A DNA stretch of 64,000 bases from Eledone cirrhosa (Eukaryota). The translations under genes were made by a program, and so were the position numbers. The stretch spans positions 51,274,001 to 51,338,000 of the forward strand of contig OZ024748.1 of assembly GCA_964016885.1 (NCBI GenBank). Direction: 5' to 3'. Shown here one piece after another: positions 31,286-42,390 of this stretch. The notes beneath the pieces were generated by a model. That model had not been told where the DNA came from. It did no database searches and saw only the letters and a list, made by a program, of their open reading frames with translations. How positions within the stretch are numbered: the stretch's first letter is position 1; every line of letters starts with the position of its first letter.

Positions 31286-32302
31286 TGTGTGAGTCTTTGA
31301 TTGTTATGTTAGTGACTGTGTATTTTCCAATCAGCTACCTAGCTTTTTTTATTATTTTATTTTTAGTATGATCTAGGATGCTTTTATGCTTAGCAACAGC
31401 ACTTCTCTGATATATGTGAATAACAGGGTCCAAACTATGAGGAAGATGGAACAAACATGATCTCCATCTAACTCACTTATCTCATTGAAATGAACGAACA
31501 AGTTGGCCACTTGTTTGTCATTTGACTTTCTAGAAATAACTGTCAAATCTCTCTTGAATCAAACTGTAACCTCTATAATAAATACTGAAGAGACATTTGA
31601 TAATGTAGTCATACATGCTTTTAACATGACAGGAAAGCCATATCTGCTTGATCATTGCTTACCTGAAGCTAATCACCAGCAACAACATCAATAGGTTTTA
31701 CTGTAGCAATAATTCTTTCACTTACTACATGCCACAACAAATATACAGTACAGAAATTTAATTTCTTCGTCTTCTTTATCTGGCGATTTGTCCTGGGAAG
31801 CATGGAATGGACACAAAGATAGTATATTCCAAGACCCTAAAGAGGGTTCAGCAAGGAAATAAACTACAACCATTCTAACCTGGAAGATCACAACCCATTC
31901 AGGTAAGGAGCAGTAACCAGTGGAGAAGGCCAGGTACTACAGGAAATAATTTAATAATTCTGAAAAAAAATTTTAGAGTATCCAATCTATTCCTGTAATT
32001 CACAGAGTTACTTACAAGACTATCAATTATTCCAGGAATAACTTTCTAGTCTAATATTTCTGTTTTCCTTTTCTAAAGACAGTAGAATATGATTTGAGTC
32101 ATATGACGTTTAATTTTAGCAAGAAGGGCAACCTGGAAGCTCACATTTGATAATATAGTCCGAAATACACTATATTTGGCAAAGAGATAGAAATGGTTTT
32201 AGAGAGAATTCGTTTGATTAGATGTATGCTCCAGGATTAGAATTATTTCATTTGCATGAAATCTTATGAATGAAACAGTTCTAGTCCCGTAGAAATATTC
32301 CT

Positions 32303-32351
<49 letters not shown>

Positions 32352-33163
32352 GTTGGCATTAGGAAGGGCATCCAACTGTAGTAACCAAGCCAAAATCAAT
32401 TCTGTATGCGCAAGACATGGTCACCTGACCTAGCATTTCCCACAACAGGACCACTCGTCTAAACCATGCTAGCATGGAAAAATGGACGTAAAACAGTTAT
32501 GATGATGATGATGATATATCAGAAGACACTAAGTATAATTTTGGCTCTGAGACATGCCCTCACATTTATAAGTAGCCACAGTGATATATGGTGCCAGGAG
32601 TGACTGATGACATCTTAGATTCACCATCAGTGCATGACATGGTGGACAATATGAATAATAATTTCTTATTTAGGAACAAGGCCAACAATTATGGGTGAAG
32701 GGAAAGTTGATTAAATTGATCCTAGTATATTACATAAGGATGAAAGGCAAAGTTAGCCTCAGCTCGATTTGAACTCTGAACATAAAGGGACATATCTAAA
32801 TGCTGCAAAGCATGTTGTCTGAGACTCTAATGCTTCTGCCAATCCATCACACTTGGTCAATAAGAATGCTTATAATTTCATATGCTATTATAAAAATGTG
32901 GGCGATGTGCAGATGACTAGTGGATAGATTCAAAATGACATAGAACGAAATTATGCATCTCCTTTGGAGAACACTTGTGCTTAACAATGGTTTGTTATCC
33001 ACTGTATAGTGTAAAGCTTACTACAGAAAATGAAACAATCCAATGCTGTTACTTCAACAACATTGCCTCAATGCAACAGAAGAGCTGTTAGGTGTGGCTG
33101 AAAGAACTAACACGATACTCCTTGGGTAAAAATGGGATATATATGCAATGATATATATATATA

Positions 33164-33400
33164 TATTAAAATAACATTAAAGTTTAAGCAAAGAATTGCT
33201 GCTTTCACCCTTAACGGATCTTCTTTTGTTTCAGAAGATCCCGTTAAGAGTGAAAGCAGCGATTCTTTGCTTAAACTTTAATCTGTTATTTTAATAAATA
33301 TTTACTCTATGGTTTTATATATTTTTTATATATATATATTATCCTTATCAAGCCCTCTTTGGATTTTAGTCTTCACATTTATTATTATTATTATTACTAT
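33164..33400 (+). mobile_element. Penelope-like pLTR with inverted 5' duplication
   Basis: Palindrome 33164-33296, hammerhead-like fold in the right arm, tail shared with 19512-19605 and 39231-39390, (TA)n on both sides. Confidence 0.65.
33228..33276 (+). ncRNA. Type I hammerhead ribozyme-like motif (U4A core variant)
   Basis: gttt CAGAAGA tcccgttaagagt GAAA gcag cgattct ttgc TT aaac: stem I gttt/aaac, stem III agcag/ttgct. Confidence 0.55.
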
Positions 33401-33619
33401 TACTATATATATATATATATATGGATGGACATAACAATAGAAAACAAATAAAAAAATAACAAATGCCACCAAAAACAAGTACCCCAATAGGAGGAGAGTA
33501 CTTTAGGATAATCCCAGTGAGAAACCCCACATAAAACCCCAGATTACTTTGTTACTTCAGAGGATTAAAAGTGCCCTCTACTGGTTTCTTTTCTTCTACT
33601 CAGAAAATAATACAATAAT

Positions 33620-33917
33620 AATGGTTTTTGATTTAAGCACAAGGTCAACAGTTATTTTTTGGAAGGGGCAAGTTGATTATATCAACCCCAGTGCAGTACT
33701 GGTACTTTATTTTATCAATCCTGTAAAGATGAAAGGCAAAACTAACCTCGGCAGGATTTGAAATCAGAATGTAACAACAAAAATAATAACAATAATAATA
33801 ATAGATCCTACTTTAGTAAAAAAAGGCCAGCAATTTGAAGGGGGGAGGAAAGTCAATTAAATTGACCCCAGTGCGTGACTGGTGCTTTATTTTATTGACC
33901 CTGTAAGGATGAAAGGA
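33620..33917 (-). mobile_element. Two Meta/MESC-like SINE fragments
   Basis: ccccagtgcagtactggtactttattttatc...gatgaaagg cores. Confidence 0.7.
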
Positions 33918-34258
33918 AAGGAGAAGGAGAAAATTAACGGATACAAGGATTTAAAGTGGGAGTTAAAAAGAATTTGGAATTGTCATCAGATCAAGGTCAT
34001 CCTGATTATCATAGGAGCACTAGGTACTCTCTCAAAGAGTTTTCAAGGATGGTTAAAGAAGATTAGTCCAGCCCCCTTTTTTGGAACACTTCAAAAGACA
34101 TGCTTGCTGGGAACAGCAAGAACCCTTTGATATGTCCTGAATATCTGAGGCTGCAGGTGGTGGCTTGATGTTCATTTGAACAAACTTTATAGTTAAATAA
34201 CATCAATGACTGAAGCTCCAATAATAATAATAATAATAACAATAATAATAATAATAAT
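33918..34258 (+). mobile_element. Dong/R4-clade LINE 3' end (restriction-like endonuclease C-terminus) with (TAA)n tail
   Basis: KEKEKINGYKDLKWELKRIW...IIIGALG...LQKTCLLGTARTL matches the EK..KY.DL..EL.R.W...GALG...QK..LLGTAR.L signature; ends in (TAA)n. Confidence 0.85.
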
Positions 34259-34430
34259 GATTTCTAATATAGGCCCAAGGCCAGTAATTTGGGGGGGGGG
34301 GAAAGTCGATTAAATCAACTCCAGTATGTTACTGGTGCTTTATTTTATCGACCCAGTAAGGATGAAAGGCAAAGTTAACTTCAGCGGGATTTGAACTCAG
34401 ACAGTAAAAGACTGTTACTCTATGCTGACA
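34259..34430 (-). mobile_element. Meta/MESC-like SINE
   Basis: Core plus B-box gggatttgaactcag on the minus strand. Confidence 0.75.
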
Positions 34431-35077
34431 GATTACTAGTCAAAGCATAAGGGCATACATCTTGAAGGGAGTCTTGTAGTTAATTATATCAACATCAGCA
34501 TTTGTTTTATTTTTCAGTCCTAGAAGGATAAAAGACCAAAGTTGTCCATGAAAGAATTTGAACTCAAAACAAAGATCAATAACTACTGCTAGGAATTCAA
34601 TTTCATGCACTACCCCAATAAGATGATAATGAGTGATGATGATGATGATGATGATGAGCACACCTCCAATGCCAGTGGCGGTGGTGGTGATGGGGTGCCA
34701 GTTCTCACCCACCCATATCATCTCTGATCTACTTGTTGATGTACTTCTTATAATTCTTTCTTCAGATTGCATTTATATATATCTGCATCTATCTATCTAA
34801 ATATATATATATATGTATACAGGTCTCTCTCTCTCTCTATATATATATATACACATGTATATATACATATATTTGGTAAATAGTATATTTTTGTATTATT
34901 TTATTGTATTTTATTTCCATTTTAATTTAGTTCTTGGCTTCATTTTTTTTTGCTAAATTTAATTGAATTTACCATGATCTCCAGCAATATTAATTTCAAT
35001 TACATAGTGTGTAGAAAAAAGATTATAAAGAAGTGTGTGTATATATATATATATACACACACACACTTATGTATATG

Positions 35078-35108
<31 letters not shown>

Positions 35109-35589
35109 GTAAGTGTGTACGCACACATACATATATAAGTATATATACATATGTTTGTGCGTCTGTGGGTGGGGGTTTGTTTGTGTCAGATGATACACAC
35201 ATACATATGTATACTTAGATAGATATAGATATAAACCTAACAAATTCAGAGAAAAATACCATTAAAAAAATGGGAAAGTAAAAAATTAGAAAAAATAAAT
35301 GAAAATATGAAAATTCTCAGTTTTAAAACATCAAATGTGAATTTAACTTTGTCATAAAAAAGATTTAATTTGAATAATATGTACATATATATACCCACAC
35401 ATATGTGTGTATATATGTGTGTATATATGAACTGCATAGAATTGAGTTAGTACTATAAACATTGACATTATCACATACTTAAAATTATAGGTGGGATATT
35501 TTTATGTGTTTTTACATACATGCATGTATGTCCATAGTAGATTCCTTATTAATTATACACATTTATGTGCATGCATAAGCATGTGTGTT

Positions 35590-35640
<51 letters not shown>

Positions 35641-36159
35641 AGTTTTTTTTTTGTTTAGTATGATACCATTGGGAAACATTTAAAGAGACACATATTTTAC
35701 ATGAAGATTTGTGGGTGATAGATAGCTGTGTAATGGAATCATATATTATATACAAATATATGTAGGTGTAAAATGATATTTGTCTGTTTTATAAATATTC
35801 ATATGTGTATATGTATTTCTGTGTGTGCAAATATAGTGGAATCTTTCGATGAGAATCACATGTGCGTCATTCTTTCATTTTTTAATGGTGTTTCAGTCAT
35901 TACATGTGGGCCATTCTGGGCCATAAACACAGACTTGAGGCTTTGGGGATAATAATTGCCAACACACAGTAATCAAATAGATATGTTTGTTAGCTCTAGA
36001 AAAATAATAATGATAATACGAAAAAAATATATATGCAAGAAAAAATTTTTTTATTTGTGTCCTTCCATCTTCCATGAAAACATATGTCCATTATTGCTAT
36101 TTTATATGGTTAATCAATCAATCATGTTCCTGCAGCCAGTTATTAAGATGCCACTCTAG

Positions 36160-36525
36160 ATTCTTTCATAGTCAACCATTGCTATTGGTCTTTATTCTCC
36201 ATCATCCATAGAAGGGTCTTGATGTTGTGGTCAGTCCAGCCTATGATGTTGTCACATCAGAATTTTCTTTGCCTGTCCTTTGCCCTCCCTTGACTATTTC
36301 TTGAAGAATGGTTTCAGACAAGGAATTGTGGTGGGATACATGACCATACCAGGCAAGCTTGTATCTTTTCACCATTATAGGAATAGTTCAGTTCTGTCAG
36401 TATATTTACTAATTTGCTGCCTAACAAACTTATTTGTTTTGTGCTCCTTGTATGGGATGTTTTGCAGCCTTCTGAGACATTTGTTCTTGAATGCTTGGAT
36501 CCTTTGCTTCATGTCAGCTCCATCG
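36160..36525 (-). mobile_element. RTE-clade LINE C-terminal fragment (different subfamily)
   Basis: Minus strand gives KLAWYGHVSHHNSLSETILQ, then a frameshifted G.RQRKF...NIIGWT-like motif. Confidence 0.7.
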
Positions 36526-36886
36526 TACATAGGTCATAAAAACAATACATGGGATAGATTATATGTGTCAATGAAACCCCCTAGCAGAATTGAAAGCAAA
36601 ACATCATTACTGGAAAGTGAACTCCTTAAATGATTGGCCAAGTATGTGCCAATTATACATGAATATATCATCATCAACATCATCATCATGATTTTATACT
36701 TGCTTTACATGCTGGCATGAGTTGGGTGGATTGTCATGGTTAGAGACCAGAAAGGTTGGAGTGACCTCATCTTGCTTATACATTTCATATTTGGTATTGT
36801 TTCTATGGATGGATAGCCTTCCTAACAGCAACCACAGTACAGAGTGTACTGAGGGCACCTGATATAGCATAATTATTTCCACTTTA

Positions 36887-37282
36887 GGGCGGTGGATTGA
36901 CAGTATCGGTAAGGGTCTGACACCATGCTTTGCAACAAAGAGTTATGGCCCTTTATGGTCTGAGTTCAAATCCCGCCAAGGTTAACTTTGCCTTTCATCC
37001 TTACGAGGTCGATAAAATAAAGCACCAGTAATACACTGGGATAATTGCTGGCCTTGTGCCAATAGTAGAAACAATTATTACCACTTTAGGGTGGAGGATT
37101 GGCAGTATCGGTAGAGGGTCAGATACCCTGCTTTGTAGTATAGAGTTACGCCACTTTACAATCTGAGTTCAAATCCCACCGAGGTTAACTTTGCCTTTCA
37201 TCCTTGCGGGGTTGATAAAATAAAGTACCAGTAATGCATGCGGGTAATTGCTGGCCTTGTGTCAAAAATAGAAACAATTATT
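36887..37282 (+). mobile_element. Head-to-tail dimer of Meta/MESC-like SINEs
   Basis: Two full units (gggcggtggattg...agaaacaattatt) bounded by three copies of aattatt(a/t)ccacttta. Confidence 0.85.
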
Positions 37283-38338
37283 ACCACTTTACAGAGTGGA
37301 CTGGATGCATTATATCAGAGCACTGATACTATCACTCCAGAGATTGTACTGAGTACATGTTAGAGTGGTAACAACATTACAGAGGTTGTCATATGCTCAA
37401 TCTTATTGAAGGGGCCCTTTCAGTGCCATCCCCTGTCTCTCATCAGGTATTTGCGACAGTGCCTCTACTGGTGGATGGGTCTTTTGTATTATGGCATATC
37501 ACCAGTCAGATTAGTCCTGTGTCATCATATTTATGAAGTTCAGTTTCTTTACATCAATCATCATAATTCTGTTTTTTGACTTCCACTTGTTCCATCAACT
37601 TTATGTATTTAACATTTGTTTATGTCTTTCTTGCTCTCCATACATATCACATGATAATATGAGCATAAGTGTTTTTATTGTACTCTACATTCAATTTCTC
37701 TCAAAATCTGCTTCTCTCTTAGTTCACTTCTGCTCATGTGTTTTCATCCAAGCATCCTAGCATATTTACACACACACAGGTCTATTTTCAAAGATGTTAT
37801 GCTAAAATTCACCATGTACATCAAATGTATGGATGTAAATGGGGATCACTTGGAACATATAATGTAACACTGGACAGAAAGAGCGGAAGATGGCGAATTT
37901 TTGATATGTTATTGTTAATGGTTTGAAATAAATATACTCAAGGTTTCATCAGCTTTTGTCAGCAAATAAATTCTGTATAAAAAAATGAAGATGTAGCAAT
38001 TTGCTCTTTCTCTCTCTCCATCTCTTTCTCTATATATGTATGTGTGGGTGGGTGTAAAAGGTAAACAGGAATAACAAAAGAAATGACACAGTACGTAGTA
38101 GGAATATATATTAGTTTAATGCTTGAAATGGCAGGAAGAGGGTCTTAACATTTCGGATGATAGAATGAGAAATTAAAGAAGAAACAGAAAGATTGAAGAG
38201 ATGGGCAGGGTAGAATTGGAAAAAGAAAAAAACATTTTTTAGAGAAATATAACAGGTCCAATCATATTGTCTTCTCTTCATATATATATATATAATAGAA
38301 AAAACAAGGAAGTTTCATTTAAATATGGTAAATATTTA

Positions 38339-38447
38339 TTGCATATCGACCTGCTACATGTGTTTCGCAGAGGAATGGCTCAAAGCGACACATAGGGGTT
38401 ATGGACCTGACTCCAGTATAAATCTGCTTCTCGGACAGGTGATGCAA
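38339..38447 (-). ncRNA. Hammerhead-like fold with long stem II insert, non-canonical core
   Basis: Minus strand: ttgcat c acctgt CCGAGAA gcaga [~50 nt] tctgc GAAAC acat GTA gcaggt cgat atgcaa. Confidence 0.45.
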
Positions 38448-38469
38448 CAAAATATATACATATATACAC

Positions 38470-38500
<31 letters not shown>

Positions 38501-38579
38501 CACCCTTGCAAGCAGGGAAAAACGGACGTAAAATGATTTTATTTTTGTTTTTATATATATGACGGCAATGAATTTGTTT

Positions 38580-39060
38580 TGTTTTGCAAGGATTTTTATA
38601 TGAAATCGTATGTCAAAACAAATAATGTTATACTTGGGGAGGCTCATATTGTTGTAATAATTGTTTCTACTTTAGGCACAAGGCCAGCAATTATCCCAGT
38701 GCATTACTGGTACTTTATTTTATCGACCCCGTAAGGATGAAAGGCAAAGTTAACGTCGGCGGGATTTGAACTCAGATCATAAAGGGAGGTAACTCTATGC
38801 TTCAAAGCATGGCGCCCGACCCACTACCAATACTGCCAATCCACCGCCCTAATAATATTGCCAGAAATAATAACAGAACACACTCACTGTTTGGTGTATC
38901 TTTTACATCTCCATAGTTAATTTATTTGGCAATCATTGATTGAACAACGGTTAAAAATACAAATATAAATATATTTATATAATCTATCAAAGTTCTTTTG
39001 TTGCACATCTGCAACATCATCAGTGGTACTATTATGTTCCCTCCTATTGTATTGTATTGT
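38580..39060 (-). mobile_element. Penelope-like pLTR (family of 41640-42630) interrupted by a SINE
   Basis: Aligns to 42315-42630; CTGATGA at 39017-39023 (-) with stem II gttgca/tgcaac. Confidence 0.75.
38662..38849 (-). mobile_element. Meta/MESC-like tRNA SINE, full length, 7-bp TSD
   Basis: TSD taataat at 38655-38661 and 38850-38856; empty site visible in the paralog at ~41670. Confidence 0.9.
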
Positions 39061-39230
39061 AACGTGAAGAACTGAAAGTTCAGTGTGCGAAGAAAGAATG
39101 AACGTGAAGTCGAAGAGTGAGATTCAGGGGCGGTAATAGGTTAATGCTAGAAAATTCATATAATGGTCAGAGTGAAAGGGTTGCACAACATATATATACA
39201 CACACACACATCTATCTATCTATCTATCTA

Positions 39231-39390
39231 TAGTAATAATAATAAAATTGAAGACTAAAATCCAAAGAGGGCTCGATAAGGAAAATATATATCAAATATA
39301 TAAGAACCGTAGAGCAAATATTTATTAAAATAACAGATTAAAGTTTAAGCAACGATTCTTTGCTTAAACTTTAATCTGCTATTTTAATAA
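39231..39390 (-). mobile_element. Penelope-like pLTR fragment with 31-bp-arm palindrome
   Basis: Arms 39322-39352 / 39360-39390; loop cgattct is the stem III loop of the 33228 motif. Confidence 0.65.
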
Positions 39391-39464
39391 ATATATATAT
39401 ATATATGTTTTATATGTCTCTTGTGTTGAAAAGGAGGTCAAGTATGTTATAGATCACTAAATAG

Positions 39465-39513
39465 TTGCTCCGAAGAATCCAAACCTCGGTTTGGAGGAAA
39501 CAATTGTAAGCAA
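39465..39513 (+). ncRNA. Minimal type I hammerhead ribozyme motif (U4C variant)
   Basis: ttgct CCGAAGA a tccaaac ctcg gtttgga g GAAAC aatt GTA agcaa: 5-bp stem I, 7-bp stem II, palindromic ACAATTGT stem III. Confidence 0.7.
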
Positions 39514-39707
39514 AAAAATGATTTAAACTGAACTTTGATTATTGTAATCTCTATATATTTTATATGTCTCTTTGATTATTGTAATCTCTCTCTCTCTATA
39601 TATATATATATTCATATATACATACATACTGTAAAATCATTGCTGTGATTCAATTTGAGAACAAAACGTGAATTTTCCACATAGGATTGATGGAGTAATT
39701 TTATAAT

Positions 39708-39872
39708 AAGGAATACATAGTTTAGAAGATAAAGTCCTTTATTGATAAGACTGTGATACATATTTCGATGATGACATTGGCTACACGATTTGGCGTGGCC
39801 AGTGTCATCATTGAAATATGTATCACAGTCTTATCAATAAAATACTTTATCACCTAAACTTTGTATTTCCTT
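39708..39872. repeat. ~77-bp-arm imperfect palindrome
   Basis: aaggaatacatagtttag...gacattggctac / gtggccagtgtc...ctaaactttgtatttcctt; single-arm homolog at ~5292-5380. Confidence 0.85.
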
Positions 39873-40003
39873 GTTTTACATACATATATGTATATAAATA
39901 AAATACTGAGTTACTAACTCATATGATACCCTGCAATATATGTATATACGTATATATATATATAGATACCCCGTACCATCAATCTATCTTATTTCTCATT
40001 CTT

Positions 40004-40039
40004 TCTTCTGATGATGGACTAGCGTCCAAAACGTTAAGA
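40004..40039 (+). ncRNA. Minimal hammerhead motif, G12A-mutated copy
   Basis: tctt CTGATGA tggac tagc gtcc aAAAC GTT aaga; the paralog at ~38130-38172 (-) retains tccGAAAtgttaaga. Confidence 0.6.
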
Positions 40040-40436
40040 CCCTCTTCCTGCTATTTCAAGTGTTAACCTAATATATTCTTTCCATATACTGAACCGATTC
40101 TGTTGTTATTTCTGTTTACCTTTTACATATATATATATATATATATATACATATATGTATGTATATATACCATTATAAGGGACCAAGACAAATGGAGAGA
40201 AGCCGTGCTTAATGAGAGCCGTCCCACCCTTGCAAGCAAGGAAATGCAGATGTAAGATGATGATGATGAAGATGATATATATTATGTATATATCTATATA
40301 TATTATATGTATATAAATATATATTATATATATCTATATATATTATATGTATATAAATATATATTATATGAATATAATTAGATATTATATATATATAAAT
40401 ACATATTATATGTATATAGATAGATATTATATATAT

Positions 40437-40775
40437 CATCATCATCATTTAATTTTACGTCCGCTTTTTCCCTGCTTGCAAGAGTGGGACGGGAACTGAT
40501 TCTGGCTTGATTTCAACAGCTGGATGCCCTTCCTAACACCAACCTCATTTACAGTGAGTGCTGGGTGCTATTTTGCTGTGGCACCTCCACGACCACTTTG
40601 CAGTGGAATGATATGGACCCCTGTCCCTATCATCTCATTTCTACAGCTGAGTAAACTAGAGCAATGTGAAATAAAGTGTCTTGCTCAAGGACACAACACA
40701 TCACCCGGTCTGAGAATTGAACTCACAACCTTTCAATTGCAAGACCAATGCTCTAACCACTAAGCCATGTGCCTC
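40437..40775 (-). mobile_element. CORE-type tRNA SINE with RTE tail, full length
   Basis: Reverse complement of 49822-50166. Confidence 0.9.
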
Positions 40776-40919
40776 CAATATATAAATATATATTATATAT
40801 ATATCTATATATATTATATATATATGAATATATATTACATATATATCTATATATATTTCATGTATATAAATATATATTATATATCTATATGTGTTATATG
40901 TATATAAATATATATTATA

Positions 40920-41215
40920 TCATCATCATCACCGTTTTACATCCGTTCTTCCACGCTAGCATGGGTTGTCCTGCTGTGGGCAGTGTCTGGTCAGCTGACT
41001 TTGTCTTGCTCATACGGTAACTTATTCTGGCTTGATTTCTACAGCTGGATGCCCTTCCTAACATCAGCCTCCTTTACAGTGAGTGCTGGGTGCTTTTTTT
41101 CCCTGGCACCTATGCATCCACTTTACAGTGAGGGCTGGCTGCTTTTTTGCCGTGGCACCTCCACGACCACTTTGCAGTGGAATGATAGGGACCCCAGTCC
41201 TATTATCTCATTTCG
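40920..41215 (-). mobile_element. CORE SINE variant with longer RTE tail, 5'-truncated
   Basis: Tail matches LINE 3' UTR 53147-53415 and includes the palindromic linker. Confidence 0.75.
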
Positions 41216-41444
41216 ATTGCAAATATATATATATATTATATAAATATATATAATATATATATAATAATTGTTTCTACTTTTGGCACAAGGCCAGTAATTA
41301 CCCAGTACTAATAATATATGCGAGCAAGACAACAAATCTTGCCTCACGTGGGACAATTGCCATCTAAACCCATGGGAGCGTGGAAGATAGACCTTAAACG
41401 ATGATGATGATGATGATGATATATATATAGAATGTATGTATATA

Positions 41445-41499
<55 letters not shown>

Positions 41500-41882
41500 C
41501 TATATCTATATATACTATATGTATATAAATATATATTATATAAATATATATATAATATATATATAATATATATATATATATAATATATATATAATATATA
41601 TATATACATATATTTCTAATATATATATATCTAATATATAATATTGTTATACTTGGTGAGAGTCATATTGTTGTAATAATATTGCCAGAATTAATAAGAG
41701 AACACACTCACTGTTTTGTTGGTTTTCGCTTCTGTATCTTTTATATCAGTTAATTTAATTTATTCGGTCCTCAATGTTTACCATTGACTGACCAACGGTA
41801 AAAAATATAGATATAATATAGGCACAAACACATATATATATTTAGTCTAACAGAGTTCTTTCGTTGCACATCTGTAACATGG

Positions 41883-42086
41883 TCAGTACTATACGAACAT
41901 GCCAGACAACAACACGACGGTAACATAGACAACATAGAAATAATATCTAAACCTAGAAATGACCCAGCAGACAGGCACATCAGAGAGGCCAGTGAAATAG
42001 AACTTAGAAGGCCAAAGCTAAACAAAAAAAATGAATGGAATAACAACAACACCCAAACAAACAATACTGATCTAAAAGAAATATAA
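41883..42086 (+). pseudogene. GIY-YIG endonuclease C-terminal remnant (Penelope-like)
   Basis: Manual translation SVLYEHARQQHDGNIDNIEIISKPRNDPADRHIREASEIELRRPKLNKKNEW...stop; S.L.EH...H and R.I.EA..I....P.LN motifs; no start codon, so absent from the ORF track. Confidence 0.75.
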
Positions 42087-42338
42087 ATAAAATAATTAAA
42101 TAAATAAATACACAGACAAGCGCAATAACAACAAACACATATAAACACACACTAGTAAACTAAGATAAAATACAATAACCAAAGCACAGTCAGCCAAACA
42201 CGAACACACATCAAACACTATACACACACGCAAACGCAAAGAAGAAGACAGAAATAAATAAATAATTAAATAAATAAATAGATTAAACAGATTAAATAAA
42301 GATGCCGTAGACATACAATACAACAGGAGGAAACATAA

Positions 42339-42390
42339 TAGCACCAATGACGATGTTGCAGATGTGCAACGAAAGAATTCTGTTAGGCTA
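42339..42390 (+). ncRNA. Hammerhead motif in pLTR (C3A in this copy)
   Basis: tagcacca ATGACGA t gttgca gatg tgcaac GAAA gaattc tgttaggcta; paralogs give CTGATGA (39017-39023 -) and CTGACCA (41879-41885 region, -). Confidence 0.55.

Noticed and set aside
31770-31910. Possible exon ending CAG|GTAAGG
   Set aside because: No convincing acceptor or recognisable peptide
32604-32610. CTGATGA hit (also 28827-28833 CTGACGA and 59676-59682)
   Set aside because: No correctly placed GAAA, stem III or stem I
41771-42148. Hydrophobic 125-aa ORF
   Set aside because: Antisense of the A-rich GIY-YIG remnant
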